Assembly (NCBI GenBank): GCA_051362555.1
Contig: CM120640.1
Coordinates: 38,356,788 to 38,420,787 of the forward strand
Reading direction: 5' to 3'
Origin: Lingula anatina
Taxonomy: Eukaryota > Animalia > Brachiopoda
DNA: 64,000 nt
Positions 1 to 13,700 of the stretch are shown one piece after another. Made by a program: the position numbers and the translations under genes. The notes under the pieces were generated by a model. The model was not told the DNA's origin, ran no database searches, and saw nothing but the letters and a program-made list of their open reading frames with translations. Numbering within the stretch: position 1 is the first letter of the stretch; every line of letters starts with the position of its first letter.

Positions 1-1624
1 TAAACTATTCACCAAAGTTTCAACTTCCTACCTGCAATGGTCTAGGAGAAAATAGCAGAAACTACAATGTGAAAAGAATTCAGAATCAACCTACCCCTGG
101 GGACAGCCCAACCCCCGGTTGCAATAAAATTCCAAAGTGTATATGTACATCCCTGATGATGGATCTTCCAATTCCCATAGTTTCAATTTCCTATCTCTAA
201 CGGTCTAGGAGGAGATAGCAGAAATTACAATGTCATAAGAATTTAGAATCACCCCCCCCCCTCCCCCCCGGACAGCCCAATACCCTGTGGCACTAAAATT
301 CCAAAGTGCCCCTTCACATCACTGATGATGGGTAAACTATTCACCAAAGTTTCAACTTCCTACCTGCAATGGTCTAGGAGAAAATAGCAGAAACTACAAT
401 GTGAAAAGAATTCAGAATCAACCTACCCCTGGGGACAGCCCAACCCCTGGTTACACTAAAATTCCAAAGTGTCCATGCACATCCCTGAAGATGTGTCTAC
501 CAATTCCTAAAGTTTCAACTTCCCACCTGCAATGGTCTAGGAGCAGATAGCAGAAATTACAATGCCATAAGAATTTAGAATCAACCACCTCCCAGGGTAC
601 AGCCCAACCCTCTGTTGCACTAAAATTCTTAAGTGCCCATACACCTCCCTGATGATAGGTATACAAATCACTAAAGTTTCAACTTCCTAACTCTAATGAT
701 CTAGGGCAGATAGCAGAAATTACAATGTCTTAAGAATTTAGAATCAACCACCCCCCGGGGAAAGCCCAAACCCCTGTGGCACTAAAATTCCAAAGTGCCC
801 ATGCACATCCCTGATGACGGGTATACTAATAACCAAAGTTTCAACTTCCTAACTCTAATGGTCCAGGAGGAGATAGCAGAAATTACAATGTGAAAGGAAT
901 TTAGAATCAACCACCCCCTGGGGACAGCCCAACCCCCTGTGGCACTAAAATTCAAAAGTGCCCATGCAGATCCCTGATTATGGGTCTATCAATTCCCAAA
1001 GTTTCAACTTCCTATATGCAATGGTCTAGGAGGAGATAGCAGAAATTACATTGTGAAAAGAATTAAGAATCAACCCCCACCCCCCTGGGGACAGCCCAAT
1101 CCCATGTGGCACTAAAATTCCAAAATGCCCATGCACATCCCTGATGATGGGTGTACCAATTCCCAAAGTTTCAGTTTCCTATCTGTAATGGTCTAAGAGA
1201 AGATAGTGGAAATTACAATGTTATAAGAATTTAGAATTAACCACCCCCCGGGGACAACCCAACCCCCTGTGGCACTAAAATTCCAAAATGCCCATGCACA
1301 TCCCTGATGATGTATCTTCCAATTCCCATAGTTACAATTTCCTATCTCTAACGGTCTAGGAGGAGATAGCAGAAATTACAATGTCATAAGAATTTTGAAT
1401 CACATACCCCCCCCCCTCCCCCCCCCCAGGCACAGCCCAACCCCCAGTTGCACTAAAATTCCAATGTGCCCATGCACATCCCTGAAGATGGGTCTACTGA
1501 TTCCCAAAGTTTCAACTTCCTACCTGCAATAGTCCAGGAGGAGATAGCGGAAATTACTAACACACAGACGCGTGGACAGGCGGGATAACATGATCCCAGA
1601 CTTTTGTCCCAAAAGTGCGTGGAT
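1..1624 (+). mobile_element. Non-autonomous Helentron-like (HINE/pearl-type) element with an internal ~163-bp tandem array (~9.5 copies); left end lies outside the window
   Basis: The motif AAAGTTTCAACTTCCTA recurs at ~14, 177, 346, 508, 673, 835, 998, 1164, 1328 and 1505. The array ends in ACAGACG/GGACAG-type sequence, a terminal hairpin (ACTTTTG-TCC-CAAAAGT, flanked by ATCC...GGAT, ~1593-1624) and an A-run. It lies in a SUPV3L1 intron. The family assignment is inferred from architecture. Confidence 0.7.
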
Positions 1625-1709
1625 AAAAAAAAAAAAAAAAAAACACACACACACATTTGTAATTCTTTATTGACATCTGATGAATTTACAACTGAACACA
1701 TTTGCTGAC

Positions 1710-4700
1710 CTGGTGGAAGGTTCCCATAAATAACAGCTACTTCATGGCCAAGCTTTTCCAAGTGTTGAGTAGTGGCATATATTGCCTTTTTACTGAAGCA
1801 AACAATGCAATCACCAGGTTGTACATTTTCTAGTGAGCCTGGAATGAAAATAATACAGAAATGGATTTATTATCTAGAACAAGACAGCAAAGCTGTCAGA
1901 TGTACAAAGAAAAAGCAGAAAATAACTAGAGGATCAGAGAGGCGATACCGCCTCTGGGTATTCAGACTTGGAGAAACTGTCGGACCGACCGGTCTTGACT
2001 GCCAGAAAAGCCTGAGGTCCGGCAACATCTTTGGAGTAACACATCTGTGTCTGTACATAAAAATGTGACTAGGAAAGGAAAGGCCCATGAAATTTCTAAG
2101 TTACATCTTGAAAATGCCAATATATACACAGGAGATAACTGTACTGAAATAAGTTTCTTTCCATTTTCAGCACTTTTTTATATAAAACAAAATAATCAAT
2201 TGAGATGGGAAAGATATAAATAAAGCAATTTTAAATGTCCATTTTGATCCATTCTGAGATTCTGAACATAGTGAATGATTGAATCTGACAAACTGCAATG
2301 GAGTTTGTTTCCATTTTTGACACTTAATTACACAATACACAATAACAGGTTTACCATCATTTTTATATAATCAACTAACAATATTGTTAAGATGCAGAAA
2401 GAACACTTTTACCTATCTAATTAGTTCAATAATTAGACTGTTCACATGTATAAGAATCAATCCATTCTGAGATTCTGAACATAGTGAATGATTGAATCTG
2501 ACAAACTCCATTTTTGAAACTTTATTACACAATACACGATAACAAGTTTACCATCATTTTTATATAATCAACTGACAATGTTGTAAAGATGCTGGAAATG
2601 TCAACCAAACACTTTTACATGTCTTATTAGATAAATAATGAGAATGTTAACATGCCTAAGAATTGAATCTGAGGAAGTGTGAAACAAGACAGCACTGTTC
2701 TGACATGGGTTTACTTCCATTTTTAACACTTTTTTTAACATAAAACAAAATAAACAGTTTACTGCCGTTTTTATATGATCAACTAAGGAAATTGATGAGA
2801 TGGGTAAAATATCAATAGAGCAGTGTTAAATGTCCAATTTCTTCCATTCTGAGATTCTGAACATAGTGAATGATTGAATCGGAAAAACTGCAATGATATG
2901 AGTTTATTTCCATTTTTGAAAATTAATTACACAATACACGATAACAAGTTTACCATCATTTTTACATAATCAACTAATAATGTTGTAAAGATGCAGGAAA
3001 TGCCAAACAAAGACTTTTACATATCTTATTAATTAAATAATGAAACTGTTAACATGCCTAAGAATTGAATCTGAGGAAATGTGAAAAAACGGCATTTCTT
3101 TAAAATAATGGCCCGATTATGCTGATTTTTTAACTCAACCTGCGTTTTAGCAGGAATGACCACTCCTGTGAGTTTAATTACAATTGGCCTATCTGTTTTT
3201 CTTATATTGTGTTTACAGTGTTGCATATTTGCTGAAAAGTGAAAAAAAGCATAACTACTAAAATAGTGGCCCGATCATGCCGATTTTCGAACTTGACCTG
3301 CATTTTAGTAATATCAATTACTCCTGTGAGTTTTATGACAACAGGCCTATCGGTTTTCTTTGAAATGTGTTTACAGTGTTGCATATATTCTGAAAAGTGA
3401 AAAAACAGCATAACTTCTACAATAATGGCCCGATCATGCTGATTTTCGAACTTGACCTGCATTTTATGAATATTCATCAGGTCTGTAAATATACAGCCAA
3501 AAAGTAAAACTGCCTTCCACTTATCGTGTTTACAATGAAAGTGCACGGCAACAGCGACAGTGACGGCGACGACAGACGCAGGTGATGGCAATATGTACAG
3601 ACAAATCTGTACATATTTACTGTACTGTTTGAGAACAGTAAGTGACATGGTTTTTCTTAACTGGTCATCATGGGAGCAGTGCCCAAAATAGATTTTTTCA
3701 AAATTTAATGCAATATTACATAATGTTTAACAGCATAATGACCATCAATTTTTAATAATAAAATATTAGTATCATGGATATTCAGAAAATGTGACTAGCA
3801 AAGGCCAAGGAACTTCAAAGTCACAACTTGAAAATGCCAAAATGTAAACAAGACAGCACTGTTCTGAAATGGTTTTTTTTTTCATTTTTAACAATTTTTT
3901 TAACATATAACAAAATTAACAGGTTACTGCCATTTTTATACGATCAACTAAGAAAATTGATGAGATGGGAAAAATATCAATACAACAGTGTTAAATGTCC
4001 ATTATGAGATTCTGAACATAGTGAATAATTGAATCTGACAAACTGCAATGATATGAGTTTATTTCCATTTTTGAAACTTTATTACACAATACACGATAAC
4101 AAGTTTACCATCATTTTTATATAATCAACTGACAATGTTGTAAAGATGCTGGAAATGTCAACCAAACACTTTTACATGTCTTATTAGATAAATAATGAGA
4201 CTGTTAACATGGCTAAGAATTGAATCTGAGGAAGTGTGAAACAAGACAGCACTGTTCTGACATGGGTTTATTTCCATTTTTAACACTTTTTTTAACATAA
4301 AATAAACAGTTTACTGCAATTTTTATATGATCAACTAAGAAAATTGATGAGATGGGAAAAATATCAATACAACAGTGTTAAATGTCCAATTTCTTCCATT
4401 CTGAGATTCTGAACATAGTGAATGATTGAATCTGACAAACTGCAATGATATGAGTTTATTTCCTTTTTTCACACTTTATTACACAATACATGATAACAAG
4501 TTTACCATCATTTTTACATAATCAACTAACAATGTTGTAAAGATGCAGGAAATGTCAAACAAACACTTTTACGTATCTTATTAGTTCAAAAATGAGACTG
4601 TTAACATGCCTAAGAGTTGAATCTGAGGAAATGTGAAAAAACAGCATAACTTCTAAAATAATGGCCTGATTATGCTGATTTTTGAACTCAACCTGCGTTT

Positions 4701-7700
4701 TAGTAAGATTGACCACTCCTGTGAGTTTAATGACAATTGGCCTATCTGTTTTTCTTATATTGTGTTTACAGTGTTGCATATATGCTGAAAAATGAAAAAA
4801 CAGCATAACTACTAAAATAGTGGCCCGATCATGCCGATTTTCGAACTTGACCTGCGTTTTAGTAAGATTGATTACTCCTATGAGTTTCATGACAACAGGC
4901 CTAACGGTTTTCCTTAAAATGTGTTTACAGTGTTGCATATATGCTGAAAAGTGAAAAAACAACATAACTTCTACAATAATGGCCCGATCATGCTGATTTT
5001 CGAACTTGACCTGCGTTTTATGAATATTCATCAGCTCTGTAAATATAAAGCCAAAAAGTAAAACTGCCCTCCACTTATCGTGTTTACAAGGAAAGTGCAC
5101 GGCGCCGGCGACGGCATCGGCGACAACAGACGCAGGTGATGGCAATATGTACAGACACATCTGTGTCTGTACATAAAAAGGACATACATACTATATGGTG
5201 TGTGCAGAAATAATTTTTTTTTTTTGTGATGGTAGACAAACTTATTAGGCTCAAGTAAAAATATATGTAAAAATAATGACATATATGTCAAAGGCATAAA
5301 GCATGTATATTACCATTTATTAAAAAAAATTTATTCAAAACACAGACCTACCCATTGCTGAATTCTCAATTGTAAGATCTGTTAGTCTCTCATATTCATT
5401 CACCTTTAATAAAAAGCAAATTAAAGTGGTAAAATTCATTTGTTGATTGTGTTTACTACCTTGCACTTGCTGGAAACTGTAGAGATTATCTCAAAAACTG
5501 TAAGACATAACCAGACAAATTTTCATCCAAACCAAAGTGGCAGCTCCATAAAAGGATCTGAGAGAGAGAGAATTCCTAAGTAATTGCTTCTACTGTCACG
5601 TGTGAAATCTGTTTAAAATAGTTACCCCCACCAAGGTGGTAATGTTTTCACCCCTGTTTGTCTGTTTGTTTTTTGTCATCAACATAACTCAAAAAGTTAT
5701 GGACCGATTTTGATGAAATTTTCAGGAACTGTCAGAAGTGGGCCAAGGAAGAGATGATTAGTTTTTGGTGGTGATCCGGATCAATAATCAATCAATAATC
5801 AATAATAATCAAAAATTGCTGCCTTGGCGGAGGTCTGTGCTTTTCTAGTTAAAAATGAAGTGACTAAACTTGCCTCCACTTCTTCATCTAATTCTGCCAG
5901 TAGGTCTTTGATTAAAGGTATTGCTGATTTTTCTCCACATAAATGTATCTCATCTGCATTGACTCCTGCAAATAAAGGATAAAGGGATAATGAAAGTAAT
6001 CTAAGCCACATGACAATTTCTGTACATTTGACTGAGTGTGTGACTTGTGCTTTAGGTTTTCTTACGGAACTTTTGACTTAAGGCCTTAATATCAGTTGAC
6101 TTATTATCCTTCTGGCATTGAGAAGAATAAAGAAAATCTGGTGATTATAGGAGTACATTGGAAATAAGAGGATATGTTTTAATCTGATCGCATCAGCATG
6201 AGGTCCAGCAAAGCTGGATCAACCTATGTAGAATGGGAATGAGCCCATAGATTCTGATATTAATTGTTCACCATGCAGATATACTTTAAGTACTTGAAAA
6301 TTGCCTTCACTCTGTATCAGTTTACATTTTAATTTTTAGATCAAATGAGTCATGTATATACTTAATACCAAACTTTGGGACAATTTCTCCATTATTCCAT
6401 CAAGTTATTGGCTCAGTACAGTAAGAAATAGGCTGAATAATTTAGGGCTTTTGCAATGAGGTATGTGCTCCTGTAAATTAGAACTAGCAGTATTTGTTAA
6501 ACTCAATCTGAACCAGGGAACAGAAAAACGTTGTTTGTAGAAAGAGTATAGGGAGTTCGTTAAGGAGGATCTGCGAAATTACCATGATCACAAAAACAGA
6601 CACATATGCACTCATATTGGAATTAATTTCACTTTTTTAGTAAAAAAGCCAACAATCTTCAGAAAACAGACACTAGTACTATGGTAACCACTATGGTAAC
6701 CACTAAAACAACTACCACTACAACTGTAATGGGAAATAGGACTGTTACTACTATTTCTACTAATATGCTTACCCAACAATGCTCTTGTCCAAGCCCAGCC
6801 TCTGTTGTAATCTCTGATCATCTGGATCTCATCTATTACAGCAATTTCATCTGTGGCATTAAACAAAATGCATTACAATTTATACACCATAATCAAACAC
6901 CTATTACTTTATAACCTCGGTTAAACAATATAAATGCAATTGTGTGCAAAGAGTTTGTAGGCATCTGTAGTCAATTTTATATGTGCATACAGAATCACAG
7001 ATACTCTCACATGAAACTGCAATATATCTACCCTCTGATATCAGGGCCACACTTAAATACTGTACAAAATATCACTGAAGGTTAGACAATATGGCATGAT
7101 GAGACTACCCCACCTCTATCTGCCTCTTAAATGGTGGCTTACGTAACACAGACGTGGATGTGTGCTACTCAGCAATTAAGCGTGAGATCGTCCTCAATTT
7201 CAAATATAAAGGGTGTGTCTGGCAAGGAAATTATTCCTCCATATAACACATGGTTGCTTTCAACATTTTTGTAACAGACTACTAGTGCCCCCTGTGGTCA
7301 GAGAGTACAATATGTCCATGTCTGCATATAGTCACATAGGGCAATTTTGCTTATTCATATATTGGCTCTTGTTTGCAGCACTAACTACAAAATTGTTTCT
7401 AGAGAAAAAGAACGAAAGCTTTAGCATACTATCTTCCAGAGAACTCCCTATCACTAAGTCTGCTGAGCAGTGCAGGCACAATCTAACATGTATTACTTAC
7501 AGTCAACTGTTGTATTGACCATTTCAACAGTGCAAGCCACGTGATCTGAAATAATCCCATCTTCCTGAGCATACTTCCTCTCTTCTCCAGTCACTAAGTC
7601 ACAATAAGTACCCTAAAAATAAATCAATATTCATATTTAATGATGAAATTGTGATCTATTTTGAATATCTTTTAAAATTTTTTGCCAACAATTTCAAACT

Positions 7701-10700
7701 TAACCAAAGATTTAAAAATTCTGTATCATCATAGTTTTTGAACCTACATGTCATTATCTACTAAAGTCACAAATTTATTAATGAAAGGTAAAAATCAAAC
7801 TATGGCTACCAAACTGTTGGTTTTATTAAAGACTTCATTGGCAAGCAATTTGAGAGGCCCACAGTAAACTCCAGATTGAGATGTTGTGAAGCGTGTCAAG
7901 GCCTGATATGTCTTTCCACTATTTGTAGGTCCTGCGTGAAATATGATTTTCCTTTTCTTTTGTCTGGCTTCAGGATACCTAAAGATAAAGGGTTTTCTTA
8001 AAAATCAAGATACAAAAAATGTGGAATTTACAAGTTAGTGTGTTAAAAAAATTAAAAGAAAAACAGTAATAGAGTCTCCAGGATGTTTTGATGCATTATA
8101 AAAAATGAATCTTCCTGATATCTTCAATCTTGTTATAACTCAAAGCAGGGGTAGCGCTAGCAATTTTTTTGGCTTAGCCAAATCACCACTTTTTTATCAA
8201 TTTGTTATCCAAATGGTTATAATTTGACTAAAACAAGCCAAACCAAGCCCTTTTTGTTTAGCCAATTAAAGTCAGTTTTAGCATTTGGCTGAATTGGCAA
8301 GTGTTACGCTACCCCAGCAAAGTTGACCACTTTCCCATCTTCTGAAATGAACATCCTTACAAATATCTTTTTAGGATAACCTTTTCTTCAACTGGCTTGA
8401 ACAAATTAATCTATTTTTTGTGTTACTGCCCCTTAATTTTCAGTAAAATGTAAATTTCAAGCAATTGGGGGTATTTATTTCTCAAAAACTTAAAGCAATA
8501 ATAACTCTTCCTTTGAGGTTCAAAAATCCGCAAGAAATACATTGTAAACAACCCATGGAAATATATTCTATTGCAATTTACCACTAAAACGGCCGTTATT
8601 GTAGTAAAACTAAAATCTGTGCTTGTCAGTAGGGCTTTCGATGCCTTTCTTCCCGGTCGTCAAGGCATTTGTTGCCAATGACGTTTGGGTGTCACGCGGA
8701 TTCTTGCGTTCATTCGAGACCAAAATAACATATGGCGCCAAACGCTAGTGCAGTCCGCAGACGTAAGTTGCGAGTTTTTGTACAGCGCGTCGGATAACGA
8801 ACAGCCCAGAATGGCACACATTGTCAGGGTTCTCCCTAGGCCTTTATAGTGTATTGGCCCCGATACGCATCTTTTTTTGCTGATACGCATCTCTTTTTGC
8901 CGATACGCTTCTTTTTTTGCCGACACGATTCTTTGAACTCCGATACCCTTTAAGAGTGTGTGTGTGACCAATGCCTTTAATCCTGACAGTCGCGACGTAA
9001 ACGATTTGTGTGCGTACTTGGATCTCTTGTGTGCACGTTAAGTTGTTTATTTTTATTCTGCCTGGGTCAGTAATACAAGTATAACATCTTAATTTATGTT
9101 GAGGGCGCGGGACCTGCGTACTGACAAGTTTCGAATATCAACATCCGCTTATTAGTTTCGTCATCAATGTAATTCTGTGAGATTTGTTTGCTTTATCTAT
9201 ATTTTTGGAGAAATATAATAAATAGTCTATCCTTCATGTTATTTTGACTGAAGAATAGTAGCAGTCGTGATCATTTATAAATAAATGTATCCATGCGGCA
9301 AGAGAAAATATCAGAAAAGATGCAACGCTATTTAATACATTAGCGCTTGTCCGGGTCAGGTAAAAATTCAGCTCGGACAGGTGAAGTTGCAGGGTTGGCT
9401 GTCCGACAGACAGGTCATGATTTATGAGAAATTTGGAGCAAAAATCTTTTAAAAATCATTTTTGATGCATACTAACGTCTTTTTGTCTCCTCCTAGACGG
9501 TACTGAAAAGAGTGACCTACTTTTGGCACAAAACACGTGCAGTCGCAAAACGAAGTCTGAGCAAACTTACCGTCAAGTTATGAAAGTGAACACCCTCCAG
9601 AACTTCATCAGACAGACTTTATTCACATAACAGGCTCACTACTGAATATTTATTTGGTGCTCTAGAGAGAAAGACCGTTACAGAAACAACACAAGTACTG
9701 TGCTTGTTACAAAGCCAGATTGGACTAGATGAACTGGCTGTATCTAGTTCGTTGTCCAGGCAACATACTGCCTGTCAATCAAATACGTTGTATGCTATCT
9801 ACTCACTATAGAACGTGAAATCTTTGGGACTGAAGATCTTGTTGAAATATTGTTTATTTGCCAAAATATAACCTGAAATTTTGTATGATGTTTTCTTTAA
9901 TGACTTTATCATCACCTATATTATTTACAGTTAAAAATTAAGTGCTGGAATATTATAAATTAACATTGCTGTCATATACCAATGTGATATTGATGTAAGG
10001 AAGAAATTAGTAATAACAAATATTAGAATTTAAATAAAAAGGGGAACTTTTTTATACTGATTTTATTTAACTCATATCTTTAAGAAAATCAAACACATGA
10101 TATTCCCTAAAAAGTTGAATTGTTAACATAAATATAAGTAAAGTATTATAAGATGAATATTCTTTAATTTTTCATTGAACTTTATTCAAATATTATAAAA
10201 TTTGAATATTTTAATAAAATTAATCTAACAGTACCCCCTCCCCATCTGCCACTCAGGGTATTTATATTTTGCTTTGGTTAAACTTCATGTGAATTTGTTA
10301 TCAAATTGCAGATTTACAATAAGCAGACCCTGTACCCAAAATCCTAGGAGAAGCCCTGATTGAAACTTTATAATGTTAAATCAGACTTATATGCAAGATT
10401 AAATCTTCAGGAGTTCACAAGTATGAAAAAATAACTTTTTATCTGAAAATAAATCCACTTTCAGGTACATTTTCCGGCTCATTTAATTTAATGTCTTGGC
10501 AATAAATGCATTAAATGTATGACTACACATATTTATTTACACATTATCTACACATCCCTGGACCCCCCCCCCCCCCCCCCCCCCAACACTTTGTGCCTCG
10601 CTTCGCGAGCTTCGGTACTCTCGCGTAAAAAAAAAAAATAAGGGCTATTTTCAAATCCTGGGGAGAACCCTGCATTGTGGATATAAATGCATTTTTAACA

Positions 10701-13700
10701 AAAAGACGAATATATATCATGAATCTTATATTATTGTTATATAGTGTTGTTGTTGTCTGCTTTTCCCGCGGTTTTCAGTAGGTCACCAGTGACTATGCAA
10801 TGCCAGAGAGAGCTCCGTCAGTTAAAATCTCTTAAGAGATTTTAACAAAAAAATGTACGTTTAGGAAAAAAACCCTGGACTAACTTTGAATGCAGGAATG
10901 GGGTCGTTGACCATTGGTAAGTAAGGGAAAATTGCCGTTTTTTTCCAGGAAAATCCATTTTTTGGCCAAAACAAAGAGTTATTATGACTTTGAGCTTCTT
11001 TTTGATCAATAAAGTACAGACCATTTCAAAATATATGTACATACCAGTTTGTTGGTTTCCTAAGGTCACTGATGTGCATCAACTCATGAAGACACTCTAA
11101 ATGAGGAAATATATCTTTTGCATGATCTAGGAAGTATGGGAATAAGTCTGCAACATGACCTGACAAAATGAGAATAAAACAAAATTATCCATTCAACAAG
11201 ACAAATTCAGAAAGAACAGAGTAATCTTTATTTCATATGATTTTGGGAGGCCATCAGGAAATTAAGTGACTTGCTTTTAAGTGGGTTGGCCATATTTGAT
11301 CTGCAGATCTGTTAGCCTACAGATCAACTAGTTCTGAATACGGTCTAAAGGTGTGTACTTAAATCAAACAACTTTGAAACAAAACATTTTTTAAAAATAA
11401 ATTAAGATATCCCAGTAATGACAAAAAACATATTGTTTGACAAATAAGATCAGGCCCAATTTATAAAACATGACCTGTTTTTTAGCCTTACAGATAATTT
11501 TGCTGATCTAAAACAAAATGCTTTCAGGAAGCTGCAATAACTTGAAACAAGCATGTCTTCCACACCCACAGCGATAGGTGATGGATATATGTACAGTGAC
11601 AACAGTGACTTGCATACAAATATGAAGACAAAACTTAAAACATTCCAAATGACTTTTTACCATTTTTCTGAGACAGGTCATGAAGCAATACATGAAGACT
11701 TGTAGGTAGTTCCTCAGCCTCCAATAAAGAACTTTTGAAACTCTTAAATGATTGCATATAAAGTGCCCCTGAAAATAAAAAGGAGGGCTATGTGCAGAAC
11801 AGAAGTTATCTCTAGCAGAAATGTTCTATTTCAGTGGGGATTCTTGCTATTAGAAGGCAAAGCCAGCATAATCAGCTTAATTGTCTGGCATACCCCCTCA
11901 CAATTTAAAGTTCTTGGGTAAAGTCAGGGAAACTGATGTTGTTCATGTTGATATGCAAGGGGGCGTGCCAGATAATTATTAGTAAGGTGATTACAGTGAC
12001 TGCGCCTTAGCGAGATTCCCCACTGAGATAGATTGATCAGGACTGCTAGTATGATCACTTTTATTCTGAACACAGCCAATAACTAAGTAACTGCTCTAAA
12101 TTCAGATGTGATAAGATACACAACCTACAGATTGAATGCTAGATCTAGCCTCTTTGAATCATCTGAGTATCTCTTGCAACTACAAAATATACTTTATTTT
12201 TACAGCAACTGTTAGCATATCTGCATGAATAAGGTTGAAGTAACATTATCTCGAATTGATACAGCAATGTTTTTTGTTCACAATGATTATTGTTTAACGA
12301 CTTTCATTTCCACTTTCCTTTCAAGAGGAACTTACTATCCAAGCCTTGTTCTTCTCCCAGTTTATACAAACTTTCATCTTTGGCAAAAGCAGAGAGCACC
12401 CTCACAATATCAACTGTAAAACACCATGTTTGCATTAATTCATTACTTTTTCAACAATAGTGCATTACATAATTAACTTAATAAACATTTTCAAATGAAT
12501 GTATCTAAGATGAAGGATCAGATGACAATTTCATAAATTTTGAAGGAAAAAAATATTATTTTGGGACATTTTCAAATGCACGAAAGATACCCTCAAAGGT
12601 ATCTTATTAGTTTAAAATCAAGAATCACCGAGTATGAAGTATTAAAAAGTCACATTTTGGTGTTAACAATACAAATGACAGTTATATGTACAAACAACAG
12701 TATCCGACATACAATTTAAATGCACATCTTATAGTTTCTAAGGTTAAGAAAGGAATGACAACATCAGATAAGCCTTTTTTAGAAGTTTTACCATATTTAA
12801 TATTGGAGTTGGGAAAGATATATGACGCTTTGCAGGATAAAATATGATTTTGGGACACTTTCATTTGAACCAAAGATGCCTTTAAAGAATGTGGGTTATC
12901 CCTAAATTGTGCAACAATACGGCACAATACAGTACTACACAGCGCAATACACTTGAAAAAAAAAAAAGAGTCCAGTCACAAGCAAACACTGGAAATGGTC
13001 ATTCCAAACAAAATAGGGTGATATAGGAGCCAAATATACTACTAAATGATTAATAGCGTTGATAAAACTTGACAAATCGTCACCATTTGTTTATCATCAG
13101 GTCAGTCGCAATGTTGGTTAGTGGCTCTTCTTGGCTGGTAATACTGTCAAGAGGAGCCACAAGCCAACATGACTGCGGACCCGAAGATATAGAAGTCTAC
13201 CCATGTGTTAAGTTATATCAATGATATTAATAATCTCAGGGAGGGAAATGGGAATTTTTCAGCACTGGTCCACTTGGACCAGTTGACTCTGGAGGTAGTG
13301 GTCCTAGGCCTTGGGGCACTGGTCCAATTATGAAAGAATGGAAAAGGGGTGGATGGTTTAAACATACTGAGCAACTTCATTTTTTTAAAATTATTATTAA
13401 AATGCGCCAATAAAATAAAGCAAATGAAGTTTAATTTTCATGTTTTTATTTTGAACATATTTAAAAAAATTGAAATCAACCATATAACTCCCAAAAATTC
13501 ATCAACATTTATTCACATTTTAAAAACTAAACAGCTTTTTCTCCCCACCTTTTATGGTTAAATGAAATGACGCCACATTACATTATAGGAATCGAGTATT
13601 TTAACTATTAGTTAAAAAATATAAAGGAGTTATTAATTTCTGGTAAACTGTGTTTACCCAAACAAGGTTTGGAATTAGAACAATGGGTTAACACCCATTG

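Noticed and set aside
1-1560. CTGATGA in most ~163-bp repeat units, suggesting tandem hammerhead ribozymes
   Set aside because: The putative stem II (TGGG...CCCA) is followed by AAG rather than GAAA, no stem III/NUH can be built, and the core is mutated in several copies.
3029-5297. Repetitive ORFs ([13 protein letters not shown]...), also at 20497-20688
   Set aside because: These are incidental translations of the ~160-bp tandem repeat with no recognisable domain.
8660-10672. Transposase coding sequence in the TIR elements
   Set aside because: There is no long ORF or recognisable DDE/BED motif, and the 103-aa ORF crosses the element boundary and the subterminal repeats.
12129-12179. 51-nt AG/GT-flanked segment in SUPV3L1 intron 2 as a possible poison exon with an in-frame TAG
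   Set aside because: It has a weak pyrimidine tract and donor and no homology, and the flanking exons join correctly without it.
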